From: an uncultured virus (IMG/VR IMGVR_UViG_2061766007_000712)
Taxonomy: Duplodnaviria > Heunggongvirae > Uroviricota > Caudoviricetes
Strand: one strand, 5' to 3'
IMG/VR virus record: IMGVR_UViG_2061766007_000712
Length of the DNA: 64,000 nt
Positions within the stretch are counted from its first letter, which is position 1. The number at the start of each line of letters is the position of its first letter. The position numbers and the translations under genes are program-made. This document shows, piece after piece, positions 61,218-64,000 of this stretch. The notes beneath the pieces were generated by a model, which saw only the letters and a list, made by a program, of their open reading frames with translations, searched no databases and was not told the DNA's origin.

Positions 61218-63896
61218 CTAATTGTTCGACTTNNNNNNNNNNNNNNNNNNNNNNNNNNNNNNNNNNNNNNNNNNNNAATCATCTCCTTCTTCTTTCTTTT
61301 CTAAATATAATTTTGTATCTTCACTATCTAATATGAATTCATCAGATTTAGCTTTTATTATAATTTTTGGTTTTTCATAAGCACTTATTTTAATATTTAA
61401 TTCATAAATACCTGTTCCATATTCTTTGCCATCTATTTTAAAGTAATCACAATACCCCTTTTTATTTGTTTTAATTTCTACTTTCATTCTTCCACCTTAT
61501 TTCTAGTTCTCTTAATTGTAATGTGATATTCTAATAAATCTTCTGCATTTACAAAACAAGAGTAATCAAAATATTCCATTTCTTTATTTTTTATGTCTCT
61601 TAAAAGGCAAGTTAATCTATTATCTTCTATATCTTNNNNNNNNNNNNNNNATTAATTTCTAACTTTCTTTTTAAAGCCTCTATTTGCCTATTTAATTTTT
61701 TTATATGCCTTATTAAATCTTTTTTTTCTTGATCCATACTTATTCTCCTTTACTTTTAAGATAATCTAAATAATCTATTATTTCATTGATTTTATTGGCC
61801 AAATCACATTCTAGCATTGTTGCTGGTCTCAAATTAATAGTATCATCATCATCAATTTCATAATTAATTCTAAATTTTTTAGGTATTTGCTTTTCTTCTT
61901 TTAGGATTTCTACTTCTTCGTTTAAACAATATATTGCAACATAATCCCAATTAATAGAACAGGTATCATTTTCATAATAATTATCTTTTGTATCGTCAAA
62001 TTCATATAATTTACCATCATATTTTATTTTTTTAGGTGCTTTACCATCTTTAACCATTCCTAATAATTCATACATTGTTACTACCATTTATTTACCTTCT
62101 TTCAATTTTTTTAATTTATTTAAAATACAATTTATAATGTCAATAGTAGAATTGCTATCATATTTTTTACATTGTATTTTGTATTCTTTTAACCATTTTT
62201 CTAATTCATTTACTATGTTATTTGTTTTCATTGCTTCTATTTCTTTTTTATTGTATTCTTCATGTAATTTTTCTAANNNNNNNNNNNNNNTTTAACACTT
62301 CTTCTTTTGATGATTTTGAAAAAAGTGTTTCTATATACTTTTGATCCCATTGTTTAGGTTTTATTATTTCATTTAGCTTTTCTATTTCTTCATCTTTTGT
62401 TTGCATTTCTAGAGATAGTATCAAATCTAAATCTTCTTGACTATAAATTAGTTTTTTCATTTATTCCACCACCTTATATTCCATACTTTCAAATTGCTCG
62501 TGTGTTACTATTGATTTAATGTCTTTTTCATAAATGTTTATATGCCCACAAGCATACAAATTATCAAATTCAGTAATATCAGTTTCTAAATATAATACTT
62601 TTCCATCTATATTTGTGGCTAATTCTATAATTTTACACCCATTTACATAATCTCCAACTTCTATTAAATCGATAGGTTTTTCTTTTACTAATTTAATATC
62701 ATCATCTCCAATAAATCGAATATCATCTAAATAACTTGCTTCAATGCCATATTTCATACAGGGCTCTCTAAATTCATTTATATTTACTATTCTACATATA
62801 AAACCACTTTTGGTTCTTATATAATCTCCTATTTTCATTTTATTCACTCTCCTTAATCTTTTAAATCTTCTTTTATTGAATCATATTTTTTTAAACTTAT
62901 AAATTCTTCATCAGTTGTTTTTATCTCTCCACAATTTTTACATATTATATTATACAAATTGAGATAGTCTTGTTTAAGCGTTTTAATTTCTTCTCTTGCA
63001 TAATCTAAAACCACTTTTGTTCTAGCTAATTCTCTCTCTAAATCTTTTTTTAACATTTTCACTCGTCATCATCTCCAAACATTTCTTCATAATGTTCTTC
63101 TATATATTCATCAATTATTCTATCATCTTCATAATGACTATCATATTCTGGTTCAGTTTCTTCTTCATCTATGAATAGATCATCAGGTGCTTCTGGCATA
63201 CATGGAGAATTATAATCTTGTGTTTCTATCATTTTAATCAACTCCTAACTCTCTTAATTGTTCTTCTAATTCTCTTAATTCTTCCGGTTTTAAATGTTTA
63301 ATTGCATATTTCATTGTGTGGTAGTATCTATCTACCCATATTCTTCTTTCATTATTAGCTTTAATATAATATATACTCCCTGCTACTGATAACCCTATGC
63401 AAATTAATGTCATTATCCAAAATGCTATTTCAGTCATTTTATTTACCTTCTTTCTACTTTATTTTTTTTAATGTTTTTGCTTCTTTCAAAAAACTTTCTT
63501 TATTAATTAATTCACTTTCTAAAGTTCCTACTTTTGTGTACCATTCATAATTATCATAAGTGTTATTATCTAAATCAATAACCCATTTACTATTATCTTT
63601 TAATATAACAACCCACCTACCTGAANNNNNNNNNNACTCATCTATTTACCTTCTTCCTTTATTATTTCTTTTAATGTTTTAACTTGTTGTCTTAATCTTT
63701 TGTTTTCTTTCTTTAATCTTTCATTTTCAGTTGGTTCATTTAAGTATCTTATAAAATCTTTATACAAACCATCTTTAATTATTTGTTTTAAATCTTGATT
63801 CTCGTTTTTTAAGACATTATTTTCAGCTAGTAGTCTTATACATAATGATGGTTTCAATGTCTTTTTTAATCTCNNNNNNNNNNNNNNNNTAATCAT
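61218..63896 (-). other. Cluster of small hypothetical genes of phage B
   Basis: Closely packed ORFs including 61740-62087, 62461-62847, 62853-63062, 63059-63241, 63234-63437 and 63642-63896. Confidence 0.7.
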
Positions 63897-64000
63897 TTAA
63901 AATTTCAATATCAGTTCTATCTTCTAAATCTCCATACTTAATTAATAAATAAGTATTTAGTAAGATTACTACTATTGAAGCACCTTTTATGTAGATTTCT

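Overview
AT-rich tailed-phage DNA with many short N gaps. It reads as two related but distinct siphophage genomes joined in the same orientation. The host is probably a low-GC Firmicute/Bacillus-class bacterium; this is an inference from AGGAGG RBSs, TG-extended sigmaA promoters and L27-type Prp motifs. Phage A (about 1-45 kb) looks nearly complete. It has a plus-strand cluster of small genes, a tyrosine recombinase, a kinase-phosphatase-RNA ligase fusion, RecT and DnaD-type replication genes, lysis genes, a full tail and head module, a tRNA-Trp, three NUMOD4-HNH endonucleases, terminase and two glycosyltransferases. Phage B (about 45.8-64 kb) is partial: minor capsid, portal, a second terminase pair, two DNA methyltransferases, DUF927-type primase/helicase, Sak4-like ATPase and exonuclease. 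The most notable signals are: (1) an ~820-nt non-coding transcription unit with three covarying copies of one RNA scaffold carrying different inserts; (2) an 8-nt stop-containing interruption exactly inside the HxHxDH motif of a metallo-beta-lactamase-fold gene; (3) pseudoknot-forming leaders ahead of HNH genes; (4) four dispersed ~100-bp periodic DNA elements; (5) Prp-protease motifs on tail proteins; (6) a switch in GATC/AGCT avoidance near the A/B junction. All family calls come from motif recognition by eye; no searches were run.
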